The translations under genes and the position numbers were made by a program. Shown here piece by piece: positions 1 through 9,870 of a stretch of DNA of 50,685 nt. The notes beneath the pieces were generated by a model, which saw only the letters and a list, made by a program, of their open reading frames with translations, made no database searches and was not told the DNA's origin. The number at the start of each line of letters is the position of its first letter. Positions within the stretch are counted from its first letter, which is position 1. This DNA comes from Actinomycetota bacterium (GTDB lineage Bacteria; Actinomycetota; UBA4738; HRBIN12), in contig VAYX01000014.1 in the NCBI GenBank assembly GCA_005885325.1, positions 1 through 50,685 on the forward strand, given 5' to 3'.

Positions 1-116
1 CCCGGGAGTATAGAGTTGGCGAGGGGCGAATTACAAGTCTGTAAGTTCTGAACAGCGAATGCACACGTTGTCCACAGGGTGCCCGGCCGTTCCGTCAACG
101 AGGTGGCGAGGGGAGC

Positions 117-3100
117 ATGGCGGCTCGTAGCTTCGTCCACCTGCACACCCACACCGAGTACTCGCTCCTCGACGGGGCATCGCGGATCCCCGCGCTCTTC
201 GAGCAGGCCCGGGAGTTCCAGATGCCGGCCCTGGCGGTGACCGACCACGGGTCGATGTTCGGGGCGCTCGAGTTCTACGAGGCCGGGCGAGCGGCCGGGA
301 TCAAGCCGATCCTGGGCGTCGAGGCCTACGTCGCGCCCGGCTCGCGGTTCGACCGTACGCCGGGCGAGAGCGAGGAGAAGTATCGGCACCTCACCATCCT
401 GGCCCGCGACGAGGCCGGCTACCGCAACCTCCTGCGGCTGGTCACCGACGCGCACCTCGAGGGGTTCTACCACCGGCCCCGGATCGACAAGGAGTTGCTG
501 GCGGAACGTGCCGGTGGCCTCATCGGCCTGTCGGGATGCCTGGCTTCGGAGGTCGCCCGGTTGCTCGTGGGGGGCCAGGAAGCGAAGGCCGCGGGAGTGG
601 CAGCCTCCTACCGGGACCTGTTCGGCGAGGGGAACTTCTTCCTCGAGATCCAGGACCACGGGCTGGCCGAGCAACGGACGGTGCTCCCCAAGCTCCTGGA
701 GCTGTCCGGAACGACGGGGATCCCCCTCGTCGCCACGAACGACCTGCACTACACGGTCCGAGAGGACGCGAAGCCCCACGACGTCCTGCTGTGCATCCAG
801 CAGCAGAAGGTGCAGACGGACACGAACCGACTGCGCTTCGACTCGGACCAGTTCTACATGAAGTCCGCCGAGGAGATGCGCGAAGTCTTCCGGGACCTCC
901 CGGATGCCTGCGACAACACCCTGCGCATCGCCGAGATGTGCGACCTGGAGCTCACGTACGGGGACCTCCACCTCCCGAGCTTCGAGCCGCCGGCCGGCAT
1001 GGACCGCGACGCCTACCTCCGGCGGCTGGTCGACGAGGGCGCGAGGCAGCGCTACGGCGACCTGGAGCCGGACGTCCAGGCCCGGATCGACCACGAGCTC
1101 GACGTCATCACTCGGATGGGCTTCGCCGGGTACTTCCTGATCGTGTGGGATCTGATCCGGTTCGCCCGCGAGAGCGGGATCCGGGTGGGGCCGGGACGGG
1201 GCTCGGCGGCGGGCTCCGTCGTCTCGTACTCGCTCCGCATCACCGACCTCGATCCTCTGCGGTACGGGCTGATCTTCGAGCGGTTCCTGAACCCCGAGCG
1301 CAAGCAACTCCCCGACATCGACATGGACTTCGACGAGCGCCGTCGGGACGAGGTGATCCGGTACGTGGCCCAGAAGTACGGCTCCGACCACGTGGCCCAG
1401 ATCATCACGTTCCAGACCATCAAGGGGAAGCAGGGGATCCGCGACGCCGCACGGGTGCTCGGCTTTCCGGCATCGGTCGGCGACCGGTTGTGCAAGATGT
1501 ACCCGCCGGCGGTCCTGGGCCGCGAGCACCCGATCGACGTCGCCCTCGAGCACGCGCCGGAGCTCAAGGAGGCCTACGAAAAGGAACCCGAGGCCCGGGA
1601 GATCGTCGACACGGCCAAGGCCCTGGAGGGCCTGCGCCGCGAGGACTCGGTCCACGCCGCCGGCGTGGTGATCGGGGACGCCCCGCTCGTCAACTACCTG
1701 CCGCTCAAGTTGTCGAAGGACTCGCGGGACGACACGCGGCGCATCGTCACCCAGTTCGACATGCACGGGGTGGAGAAGCTCGGCCTGCTGAAGATGGACT
1801 TCCTGGGTCTTCGGACCCTTTCGGTCATCGAGGACACGCTCGCCCTGTTGCGGCGGACGGGCGTCGAGCTCGACATCGACCACGTCCCGCTCGACGACCA
1901 ACCCGCGTACGCCATGCTCCGCCGAGGTGACACGACGGGCGTCTTCCAGCTGGAGAGCCCGGGGATGCGCCAGCTGATCCATCTGCTGCTGCCGGACCGG
2001 TTCGAGGACCTCATGGCGCTCGTGGCCCTGTACCGGCCCGGCCTGCTGTCGATGGGCCAGCACGCGGAGTACGCCGAGCGCAAGCACGGCCGCAAGCCGG
2101 TGACGTACCCGCACCCCGACCTCGAGGAGGTCCTGCACGACACGTACGGGATCATCGTGTACCAGGAGCAGGTCATGCAGATCGCCAACCGCATGGCCGG
2201 GTACTCGATGGGGGAGGCCGACGGCCTGCGCAAGGCCATGGGGAAGAAGATCCGGGAACTGCTGGTCCCCCACCGCGAGACCTTCGTCCGCCAGTGCGTG
2301 GAGCGTGGCTACCAGCGCCGGATCGCCGAGGACATCTTCGACCTGATCGTCCCGTTCGCCGACTACGGGTTCAATGCCTCGCACGCGTGCGCGTACGCGT
2401 ACGTGGCCTATCAGACGGCGTATCTGAAGGCCCACCATCCCGTGGAGTACATGTCGGCCATCCTGACCAGCGTGAAGGACGACAAGGACAAGAAGCCCTT
2501 CTATCTGAACGCGTGCCGGCTGATGGGCCTGGAGGTTCTTCCCCCGGACGTGAACGAGTCCGAGCTGGACTTCGCCCCGGTCCCCGGCGGTGAACCCAAG
2601 GTCCGATACGGCCTCTCGGCCGTGCGCAACGTGGGCTCGGGGGCGGTGGGCCAGATCATCGAGGCCCGGCGGGCCAGGGGTGGGTTCGCCACCTTCGCGG
2701 AGTTCTGCCGCAAGGTCGACCCGGGGGTCCTGACGAAGAAGGTCCTGGAGAGCCTGGTCCTGGCGGGGGCGTTCGACTCGCTCGGCTACGCCCGCAAGGC
2801 CCTGCTGGAGGGACACGAGAAGGTGTCCGGACCCATCGCCGCGGAGCGCAAGGCGGAGGCCGCGGGCCAGTTCTCGCTGTTCGGCGGAGGGGAACGGGCC
2901 GCGCACGAGATCGACGAGTCCGTCCTGACCGGGGAGGAGTTCGACCGGCGAACGCTCCTTCGCCTGGAGAAGGAGATGCTCGGCCAGTTCGTCACCGACC
3001 ACCCGCTCCTGTCGGTGAAGGACCGGCTGGCCGCGCAGACCGACATGGAGGTCGCCGAGGTGGTGAACCTGGGGGACGGCGATCTGGTCACCGTCGGTGG

Positions 3101-3632
3101 GATCGTCGCGTCGGTGGCCCGTCGGTACACGAGGAAGGGCGAGCCGTACGCGCTGTTCCGGCTGGAGGACCTGGCGGGCGGCGTGGCGGTGGTGGCCTTC
3201 CCCAGCGTCTTCGAGCAGGTGCCGAACCTGGTGGAGACCGACGCGATCGTGTTGGTGAAGGGCCGTGTGGACCTCCGCGGCAGGGAGCTGCAGCTTCGGG
3301 CGGTGGAGATCCGGGAGCTCGACGTCGGCGCGAGCAGAACGGCCCCCCCCGTACCGGGCGTGGTCATCGTCGACCTCGCCGCCGCCAGCTGCACCAATGC
3401 CGTCATTGCCAAACTGAAGGACCTGTTCGGCGCACATCCTGGGTCGACCCCGGTTCTCGTCAGGTTCATCTCGTCCCAGGCCACCACGCCGATCGAGGTG
3501 GGAAGCGTGCGGGTGGACCCCGCGGCTGGTTTGCTCTCGGAGTTGCGGCTGCTCCTCGGCCCGAAGGCCGCGCGGCTGGAGGGCGAGGCGCCTCCCAGAG
3601 CCGAGCGCGCGGAGGTGGCCCCGGTAGGCTGA
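117..3632 (+). CDS. dnaE: DNA polymerase III alpha subunit (DnaE1)
   Basis: 1171-aa ORF. N-terminal PHP motif HLHTHTEYSLLDGA and polymerase core motifs GPGRGSAAGS and PDIDMDFD. Full-length DnaE architecture. SD-like GAGGGGAG just upstream of the ATG. Confidence 0.97.
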   Translation: MAARSFVHLHTHTEYSLLDGASRIPALFEQAREFQMPALAVTDHGSMFGALEFYEAGRAAGIKPILGVEAYVAPGSRFDRTPGESEEKYRHLTILARDEAGYRNLLRLVTDAHLEGFYHRPRIDKELLAERAGGLIGLSGCLASEVARLLVGGQEAKAAGVAASYRDLFGEGNFFLEIQDHGLAEQRTVLPKLLELSGTTGIPLVATNDLHYTVREDAKPHDVLLCIQQQKVQTDTNRLRFDSDQFYMKSAEEMREVFRDLPDACDNTLRIAEMCDLELTYGDLHLPSFEPPAGMDRDAYLRRLVDEGARQRYGDLEPDVQARIDHELDVITRMGFAGYFLIVWDLIRFARESGIRVGPGRGSAAGSVVSYSLRITDLDPLRYGLIFERFLNPERKQLPDIDMDFDERRRDEVIRYVAQKYGSDHVAQIITFQTIKGKQGIRDAARVLGFPASVGDRLCKMYPPAVLGREHPIDVALEHAPELKEAYEKEPEAREIVDTAKALEGLRREDSVHAAGVVIGDAPLVNYLPLKLSKDSRDDTRRIVTQFDMHGVEKLGLLKMDFLGLRTLSVIEDTLALLRRTGVELDIDHVPLDDQPAYAMLRRGDTTGVFQLESPGMRQLIHLLLPDRFEDLMALVALYRPGLLSMGQHAEYAERKHGRKPVTYPHPDLEEVLHDTYGIIVYQEQVMQIANRMAGYSMGEADGLRKAMGKKIRELLVPHRETFVRQCVERGYQRRIAEDIFDLIVPFADYGFNASHACAYAYVAYQTAYLKAHHPVEYMSAILTSVKDDKDKKPFYLNACRLMGLEVLPPDVNESELDFAPVPGGEPKVRYGLSAVRNVGSGAVGQIIEARRARGGFATFAEFCRKVDPGVLTKKVLESLVLAGAFDSLGYARKALLEGHEKVSGPIAAERKAEAAGQFSLFGGGERAAHEIDESVLTGEEFDRRTLLRLEKEMLGQFVTDHPLLSVKDRLAAQTDMEVAEVVNLGDGDLVTVGGIVASVARRYTRKGEPYALFRLEDLAGGVAVVAFPSVFEQVPNLVETDAIVLVKGRVDLRGRELQLRAVEIRELDVGASRTAPPVPGVVIVDLAAASCTNAVIAKLKDLFGAHPGSTPVLVRFISSQATTPIEVGSVRVDPAAGLLSELRLLLGPKAARLEGEAPPRAERAEVAPVG

Positions 3633-3638
3633 CCGGCC

Positions 3639-4349
3639 GTGGGGTTCGAGGTCATCCCGGCCGTCGACGTGTTCGATGGTCGCCTGGCTCGCCTGTCCGA
3701 CGGAGGGGTCGCGTTCGTCGAGGCGTTCGATGGCGACCCCACCACCGCGGCACGGTCCTTCGTGGAGGCCGGCGCGCGGTGGATCCACGTGGTGGACATG
3801 GATCTCGCCCTTGGCGGCGAGTTCCGCAATCTCGATGTCGTCGCTGGGATCGCGGGCCTCGGCGTGTCGGTCCAGGCGAGTGGGGGGATCACCGGCCACA
3901 GGGAGGTCGAGCGCGCCCTGGCTTCAGGCGCCGGTCGGGTTGTCCTCGCCTCCTCCGCGCTCTCCTACCGGGCGGCGGTGGAGGCGCTGCTGGCCCGTCA
4001 TGGTGACGCGCTGGCGGTGGGGATCGAGTCCGATCGAGACATGATCCGGGGCCGGGCCCGCCAGGAGGTCGGGCTCCCCCTGCTGGAGACGATGGCCTGG
4101 CTGGCCGGTCTCGACGTCGATCGGTACGTCCACACCAGTGTGAGCAGGGTCGGCGGCCTCGAGGGCCCCGACCTCGATGCGATCGGGGCCGTCATCGACG
4201 TGACGGGGCGGCCGGTTGTCGCCTCGGGAGGGATCCGCGGCCCGGAGGACCTCCGGCGGGTGGCCGCCATCGGGGCCCACGGCGCCATCCTGGGCCGCGC
4301 GCTGTACGAGGGGCTCGACCTCCGGGACGCGCTCGCCGCGGTGGCCTGA
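3639..4349 (+). CDS. hisA: HisA/PriA-family (beta/alpha)8 phosphoribosyl isomerase (ProFAR and/or PRA isomerase)
   Basis: 236 aa. N-terminal VIPAVDVFDGRLARL catalytic-Asp motif, phosphate-binding SGGI and VVASGGIR motifs, and C-terminal GAILGRALY. GTG start 6 nt after the dnaE stop. Sits immediately upstream of trpC. Confidence 0.8.
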   Translation: MGFEVIPAVDVFDGRLARLSDGGVAFVEAFDGDPTTAARSFVEAGARWIHVVDMDLALGGEFRNLDVVAGIAGLGVSVQASGGITGHREVERALASGAGRVVLASSALSYRAAVEALLARHGDALAVGIESDRDMIRGRARQEVGLPLLETMAWLAGLDVDRYVHTSVSRVGGLEGPDLDAIGAVIDVTGRPVVASGGIRGPEDLRRVAAIGAHGAILGRALYEGLDLRDALAAVA

Positions 4350-4375
4350 GGGTACACCGCTACACTTTCCCGACC

Positions 4376-5149
4376 ATGGGCTTCCTCACCGAGACGGTCG
4401 ACGGCGTTCGCCGCAGGCTGGAGCGACAGCCCATCGACGAGGCCGGGCTGATGGCCCTGGCCATCAGGATGCCGCCCCCACGCGCGTTCGCCGCGCGCCT
4501 GTGGTCGGCGAAGGCTCCCGCGGTCATCGCGGAGGTGAAACGGTCGTCACCGTCGGCCGGGCGGATCGCGGACGCGGATCCGGCGGCACGCGCCCGTGTG
4601 TACGAGGAGGCTGGTGCGGCCGCCGTTTCGGTGCTGACCGAGCCCGTGCACTTCGACGGCTCGCTGGCCGACCTCCGTGCGGTTCACCACGCGACCACCG
4701 TCCCGGTCCTTCGCAAGGACTTCCTGGTGCACCCGGCCCAGCTGATCGAGGCTCGGGTGGCCGGCGCCGACGCCGTGCTCCTCATCGCGGCCGCCCTGAG
4801 CGAGACCGAGCTGAAGGCGATGCTGAACGCGGCACAGGACCTCGAGCTCGGAGCACTGGTCGAGGCCCATTCCACCGATGACCTCGACAAGGCCCTGGGG
4901 GCCGACGCCAAGGTCGTGGGTGTGAACGCGCGGGACCTGGAGAGCCTGGAGGTCGACGAGGACCGCGCCCTGCTGCTCCTGCGGTCCGTGCCGGAGGACC
5001 GGATCCTCGTTCTCGAGAGCGGCATCTCGACCCGCCGTCAGGTCGAACGGGCCATGGAGGCCGGCGCGAAGGCCGTCCTGGTTGGGGAGGCCCTCATGCG
5101 GGCGGAGGACCCGGGGGCCAAGCTCCGCGAGCTCCGAGGCAGAGGATGA
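4376..5149 (+). CDS. trpC: indole-3-glycerol phosphate synthase
   Basis: 257 aa. [19 protein letters not shown] and LRKDF motifs typical of TrpC. Precedes trpB with an ATGA overlap. Confidence 0.93.
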   Translation: MGFLTETVDGVRRRLERQPIDEAGLMALAIRMPPPRAFAARLWSAKAPAVIAEVKRSSPSAGRIADADPAARARVYEEAGAAAVSVLTEPVHFDGSLADLRAVHHATTVPVLRKDFLVHPAQLIEARVAGADAVLLIAAALSETELKAMLNAAQDLELGALVEAHSTDDLDKALGADAKVVGVNARDLESLEVDEDRALLLLRSVPEDRILVLESGISTRRQVERAMEAGAKAVLVGEALMRAEDPGAKLRELRGRG

Positions 5150-6366
5150 AAGCCGCCGAGACGACGGCGCTCCCCGACGCACGCGGCCGGTTCGGCCGGT
5201 TCGGGGGGCGATACGTCCCCGAGGTGCTGATCCCGGCCCTCGACGAGCTCACCGCGGCCTGGGAGGAGCTTCAGGACGAACCGGCCTTCCGAGGCGAGCT
5301 CGAGGCGCTGCTTCGCGACTTCGTGGGCCGTCCATCGCCGCTGACCTTCGCGTCGAGGCTGTCCGACCGGCTCGGCTACCGCGTCTACCTGAAGCGGGAG
5401 GACCTCAACCACACCGGCGCGCACAAGATCAACAACACGCTGGGCCAGGTGCTGCTGGCCAGGCGGCTGGGGAAGGGCCGCATCATCGCGGAGACCGGCG
5501 CCGGGATGCACGGCGTGGCCACCGCCACGGCCTGCGCGCTGTTCGGCCTTCCATGCGTGGTGTACATGGGCGAGGAGGACACCGTCCGCCAGGCACCGAA
5601 CGTCGCTCGGATGCAGCTCCTGGGGGCCGAGGTCGTGACGGTCACCTCGGGCAGCCGAACGCTGAAGGACGCGATGAACGAGGCCATGCGGGACTGGGCG
5701 GGGAGCGTGCGCGAGACCCATTACGTGATCGGCTCGGTCGCCGGGCCGCATCCGTTCCCGTCGCTGGTCCGCGACCTCCAGCGCGTGATCGGGGACGAGG
5801 CGAAGGTGCAGTTCCGCGATGCCGAGGGCCGCGATCCCGACGCGGTCGTGGCGTGCGTGGGGGGCGGCAGCAACGCGATGGGCATCTTCGCGCCGTTCGT
5901 CGGGGCGCCGGGCACCCGGCTGGTCGGCGTGGAGGCCGGCGGTCGGGGAGACGCGGACGGCGAGCACTGCCGGTCCCTCACCCTCGGGGCGCCAGGCGTC
6001 CTCCACGGCTCGCTGTCCTACCTCCTGCAGGACGGCGACGGGCAGGTCCTGGCGACGCACTCAATCTCCGCCGGCCTGGACTACCCGGGCGTCGGCCCGG
6101 AGCACTCCTATATGAAGGAGGCCGGACTGGCCTCGTACGTCTCGGCCACGGACGCCCAGGCTCTCGAGGGATTCCAGGCCCTCGGCGAGCTGGAGGGGAT
6201 CCTTCCGGCTTTGGAGCCGGCCCATGCCGTCGGGTGGCTGTTGGGGGGTCCGCTCCCCGAGGGCTCGACCGTGCTCGTGAACCTGTCCGGGCGGGGGGAC
6301 AAGGACATGGAGACCGTGCGAAGGGCGCTCGGCGAACCGCCATCAGACCGTCCCCGTCGTGCCTGA
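5146..6366 (+). CDS. trpB: tryptophan synthase beta chain
   Basis: 406 aa. [24 protein letters not shown] (PLP lysine motif), GAGMHG and GGGSNAMG. Confidence 0.97.
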   Translation: MKAAETTALPDARGRFGRFGGRYVPEVLIPALDELTAAWEELQDEPAFRGELEALLRDFVGRPSPLTFASRLSDRLGYRVYLKREDLNHTGAHKINNTLGQVLLARRLGKGRIIAETGAGMHGVATATACALFGLPCVVYMGEEDTVRQAPNVARMQLLGAEVVTVTSGSRTLKDAMNEAMRDWAGSVRETHYVIGSVAGPHPFPSLVRDLQRVIGDEAKVQFRDAEGRDPDAVVACVGGGSNAMGIFAPFVGAPGTRLVGVEAGGRGDADGEHCRSLTLGAPGVLHGSLSYLLQDGDGQVLATHSISAGLDYPGVGPEHSYMKEAGLASYVSATDAQALEGFQALGELEGILPALEPAHAVGWLLGGPLPEGSTVLVNLSGRGDKDMETVRRALGEPPSDRPRRA

Positions 6367-7132
6367 CCTGGAGGCAGCGCTCCGGGCCAGGCGAGACGGC
6401 GGCGGCCGGGCCTTCGTCCCCTACGTCACCGGAGGCCTGCCCGGCGTGGACGCCGACCTCCTTCGAGGGCTCGAGGAGGCCGGAGCCGATGCCGTCGAGG
6501 TCGGCATCCCCTTCTCCGACCCGGTGATGGACGGCGGCGTCATCCAGGAGGCGTCCCGCCTGGCCCTGGAGGAAGGGACACGCCCGGCCGATGTCCTGGC
6601 CACGGTCAAGGAGGCCGGACTGTCCGTCCCCGTGGCCGTGATGACCTACTTCAATCCCGTTCTCAGCCGCGGACCGGGCGATTTCCTGGCCGACGCGGCA
6701 CAGGCCGGTGTCTCGGGCGCGATCGTTCCCGACCTGCCCGTCGACGAGGCCGATGACTGGATCACCGCATGCTCGAAGGTATCGATCGCGCCGGTGTTCC
6801 TGGCCGCTCCGGGTTCCACCACCGAGCGCCTGGCGTCCATCGCGGCGTCGGCCGGAGGGTTCGTGTACTGCGTGGCCACCTACGGCGTGACCGGCGAGCG
6901 CGACCGGCTTGCGGGGACGGCGCAGGAAGTCGTATTGGCGCTTCGCCCCCTCACCGACCTCCCGCTCCTGGTGGGGGTGGGGATCGGTACCCCCGCGCAG
7001 GCCTCGGAGGCATGCGCCTTCGCCGATGGGGTCATCGTGGGGAGCGCCCTGGTGCGCCGGCTGGTGGACGGGGACCCGGACGGGGCCCTGGCGATGGCGG
7101 GGAAGTTTCGGGCGGCCATCGGGCCGGCCTAG
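6359..7132 (+). CDS. trpA: tryptophan synthase alpha chain
   Basis: 257 aa. [20 protein letters not shown] and [13 protein letters not shown] motifs. GTG start overlaps the trpB end by 8 nt. Confidence 0.95.
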   Translation: MPDLEAALRARRDGGGRAFVPYVTGGLPGVDADLLRGLEEAGADAVEVGIPFSDPVMDGGVIQEASRLALEEGTRPADVLATVKEAGLSVPVAVMTYFNPVLSRGPGDFLADAAQAGVSGAIVPDLPVDEADDWITACSKVSIAPVFLAAPGSTTERLASIAASAGGFVYCVATYGVTGERDRLAGTAQEVVLALRPLTDLPLLVGVGIGTPAQASEACAFADGVIVGSALVRRLVDGDPDGALAMAGKFRAAIGPA

Positions 7133-7356
7133 GCAGACTGCTCAGGCCCGACGGGCCTCCGCATCCGTAGACGAGGGTGGGAGGGCCGCGCTTTCCCTTC
7201 GAGGCGGGATGTGGTACGTAGCACCTGCTCGTGGAGGGGGAAAGGAGGACCGAGCGCTCCAGGACCGCGTTCGTTTCCGCTGAGAGAGATAGGTATGACA
7301 GTGGTACCGGTGCCGGCTCCGGCAGGGATCCTGGGCCGGCGAGGAGAGGGGGCTCG

Positions 7357-8697
7357 ATGAGGAGACCAAGTTGGTTCGCCGTAGTAACCGTCCTCGGCGC
7401 GCTGTCGCTCGTGGCCGCGGGCTGCGCCAAGGAAGAGGGCGGCGGAGGCGGGGGAGGCGGCGGCGCGGTCGACTGCAACACGGTCGAGTTCGGCTGCGTG
7501 ACGTATGCCGCCGGGGCACCGATCCGGGTCGGCACGCTGCTCGCCATCTCGGGCAGCGTCGCCACGCTCGGCCTGGACAGCCAGCACGGCGTCTCGCTGG
7601 CGATCGACTACCTCGACGGGAAGTTCGACGGGAAGCCCGGCCAGCTCGTCGGGCACCCGGTTCAGCTCGACAACGAGGACGATCTTTGCAGCAAGCAGGG
7701 TGGCCAGACTGGTGGGACCAAGCTCGCATCCGACCCGACGATCCTGTTCGTCGTGGGCACCAGCTGTTCCAGTTCCGCGCTTGGCGTGGCCGACAAACTC
7801 CTGGGGGACAAGGGGATCATCCTGATCTCCCCGTCGAACACGGCAGCTGGGCTGACCGCGCCGGATCAACACAACCCCTTCTACATGCGGACGGCCCAGA
7901 ACGACGCGATCCAGGCCAAGGTGGTCTCGGACTTCGTCTACACCAAGCTCGGGTTCACGAAGGCCGCCACGATCCACGATGAGAGCCCGTACGCGGCCGG
8001 CCTCACCGGCGGGTTCAAGACCTTCTTCGAGCAGGCCGGCGGGACCGTCACCGATGAGGAGGCCTTCACCACGATCGCTGGGGGCGGGAGCAGCGACTTC
8101 AAACCCCTCCTCACCAGCATCGCGCAGACGAAGCCGCAACTCATCTATTTCCCGGACTTCAACCCGGAGTGCGCCCTGATCGCCAAGCAGGCGGCGGACA
8201 TCCCGCAGTTGAAGGGCGTGAAGCTGATGGGGTCCGACGGATGCAACGCGTCGACGTTCTTCGATCAGGCGGGCGCCGCGGCCAACGGTGTGTACCTGTC
8301 CAGCCCGATCCCGAGCCCCGGGGCGTCGACGAGCGGGCTGCTCGACCAGTTCAACGCCGCCTACAAGGACCAGTTCGGCAAGCAGACGGCTCCCTTCAAC
8401 GCGAACGCCTTCGACGCGTTCAACGTCGTCGCCGCGGCGGTCAAGAAGGTCGCGATCGAGAACTCGGATGGCTCCGTTTCCATCCCGAGGGTGGCACTGA
8501 AGGACGCCGTGTTCCAGACGAAGGACTACGCCGGGTTGACGGGAACCCTCACGTGCATCTCGACGGGCGACTGCCAGGCTCCACTGGCCGTGAACATCGG
8601 TGTCTACCTGTCGCCCGATGTGCCCACGAACAAGCCGGGCTCAGAGCCGATCTTCAACGAGACGATCACCCTCGAGGACGCGCTCGGCTCGGGGTAG
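7357..8697 (+). CDS. Leu/Ile/Val-type (PBP type 1) ABC transporter substrate-binding lipoprotein
   Basis: I moved the start to the internal ATG at 7357 (frame-checked, GAGGAGAGGGGG SD upstream). This gives a signal peptide with lipobox LVAAGC followed by a poly-Gly linker. The body resembles the LivJ/LivK family. Followed by livHMGF-like genes. Confidence 0.85.
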   Translation: MRRPSWFAVVTVLGALSLVAAGCAKEEGGGGGGGGGAVDCNTVEFGCVTYAAGAPIRVGTLLAISGSVATLGLDSQHGVSLAIDYLDGKFDGKPGQLVGHPVQLDNEDDLCSKQGGQTGGTKLASDPTILFVVGTSCSSSALGVADKLLGDKGIILISPSNTAAGLTAPDQHNPFYMRTAQNDAIQAKVVSDFVYTKLGFTKAATIHDESPYAAGLTGGFKTFFEQAGGTVTDEEAFTTIAGGGSSDFKPLLTSIAQTKPQLIYFPDFNPECALIAKQAADIPQLKGVKLMGSDGCNASTFFDQAGAAANGVYLSSPIPSPGASTSGLLDQFNAAYKDQFGKQTAPFNANAFDAFNVVAAAVKKVAIENSDGSVSIPRVALKDAVFQTKDYAGLTGTLTCISTGDCQAPLAVNIGVYLSPDVPTNKPGSEPIFNETITLEDALGSG

Positions 8698-8772
8698 TCC
8701 ACCAAGGAGAAGAACCACGAGACCGCGGGCGGGCCGGAGGGCCCGCCCGCGCCTCCATCATGAGGGGGGCCG

Positions 8773-9870
8773 GTGGCGGACGGAACGACTGAGGTTGCGC
8801 CGAAGCCCACCGCGACCGTCGGACGCCTCGCCAGGTTCCCTCTTCGCAAGACCATCCAACTGGTCATCGGGATCGCCGTTGTAGCCGGGGCGGCGTGGGG
8901 CGCCTACCGGACGATCTCACTCGGCACGTTCACCGGCGCTGCCTGGCGCGACCTCGTCGTGTTCGGCGTCGCCCAGGGCGCCATCTACATGTTGATCGCG
9001 CTCGGGTACTCGATGGTCTACGGGGTCCTGCGGATGATCAACTTCGCCCACGGCGAGGTGTTCATGTTCGGCGCGTTCGGCTCGTACTTCGTGGCCAGGG
9101 TGCTGAACGACCATGGCTTGATCAACTCCAGCCCGGTGCTCTCCATCGCGATCCTGATGATCGCTGGCATGGTGTGCTCGGTGGCCGTAGCGGTGTTGCT
9201 GGAGCGGGTGGCGTATCGGCCGCTCCGCAACGCCCCTCGCCTGGTGCCGCTCATCACGGCGATCGGCGCCTCGCTGTTCCTCCAGAACACCGCACGCGGC
9301 TTCTTCGGCGACCAGGACCGAGGATATCCCACGCCCGACAGCCTGGGTGGCTCCTGGACGATCCTCGGCATCCCCATCCTTCGGAGCTCGGTCATCGTCA
9401 TCGTCGTGGCGGTGACGATGGTGGCGGCACTGACCTGGTTCGTGGCGAGAACGAAGACCGGCAAGTCGATGCGCGCCGTGGCCGAGGACAAGGACATCGC
9501 CAGCCTCATGGGGATCAACGTTGACCGCGTCGTGGTGATGACCTTCGTGATCGGCGGGATGCTGGCCGGTGTGGCGGCGGTCCTCTTCGCTCTGGTGTTC
9601 GGGCTCGTCGGCCCATTCATGGGCTTCGTCCCCGGCATCAAGGCTTTTACGGCTGCGGTGCTGGGAGGGATCGGGAGCATCGCCGGCGCGGCGATCGGGG
9701 GCCTGATCCTCGGCGTCCTCGAGTCCGTCGGACCGGCCCTCTTCCTGACCGGGCTCAAGATCCCCGGCCCGAACCAGCTGAAGGACGTGTTCACCTTTAC
9801 CATCCTCGTGCTGGTGCTGATCTTCCGGCCCGGGGGCATCATGGGCACCGGCGAGCCGGAGAAAGTATGA
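8773..9870 (+). CDS. livH: branched-chain amino acid ABC transporter permease (LivH family)
   Basis: 365 aa, multi-TM. GYSMVYGVLRMINFAHGE motif characteristic of LivH. GTG start with GAGGGGGG SD. Confidence 0.9.
   Translation: MADGTTEVAPKPTATVGRLARFPLRKTIQLVIGIAVVAGAAWGAYRTISLGTFTGAAWRDLVVFGVAQGAIYMLIALGYSMVYGVLRMINFAHGEVFMFGAFGSYFVARVLNDHGLINSSPVLSIAILMIAGMVCSVAVAVLLERVAYRPLRNAPRLVPLITAIGASLFLQNTARGFFGDQDRGYPTPDSLGGSWTILGIPILRSSVIVIVVAVTMVAALTWFVARTKTGKSMRAVAEDKDIASLMGINVDRVVVMTFVIGGMLAGVAAVLFALVFGLVGPFMGFVPGIKAFTAAVLGGIGSIAGAAIGGLILGVLESVGPALFLTGLKIPGPNQLKDVFTFTILVLVLIFRPGGIMGTGEPEKV

Noticed and set aside
40-56. A GTTC-T-GAAC palindrome upstream of dnaE as a possible LexA/SOS box.
   Set aside because: The actinobacterial and Gram-positive SOS box is GAAC-N4-GTTC. 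This palindrome has the half-sites inverted with a 1-nt spacer, so it does not fit.
17-113. A direct repeat of TGGCGAGGGG at 17-26 and 104-113 upstream of dnaE.
   Set aside because: The second copy is simply the Shine-Dalgarno region of dnaE. A single 10-mer recurrence in G-rich DNA is not compelling evidence for a regulatory repeat.
7144-7158. The hairpin AGGCCC-GAC-GGGCCT after trpA as a terminator.
   Set aside because: It has only a 6-bp stem with a 3-nt loop and no U-tract. That is too weak to call a terminator with confidence, although factor-dependent or U-tract-less termination cannot be excluded.
7438-7464. G-rich runs (GGC/GGA/GGG)n here and at 42190-42234, considered as a possible G-quadruplex or simple-sequence repeat element.
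   Set aside because: Both are in frame and encode poly-glycine linkers. One follows the lipobox of the LivJ-like SBP and the other lies between the two cupredoxin domains. They are explained by the coding function. They may be slippage-prone, but they are imperfect at the nucleotide level.
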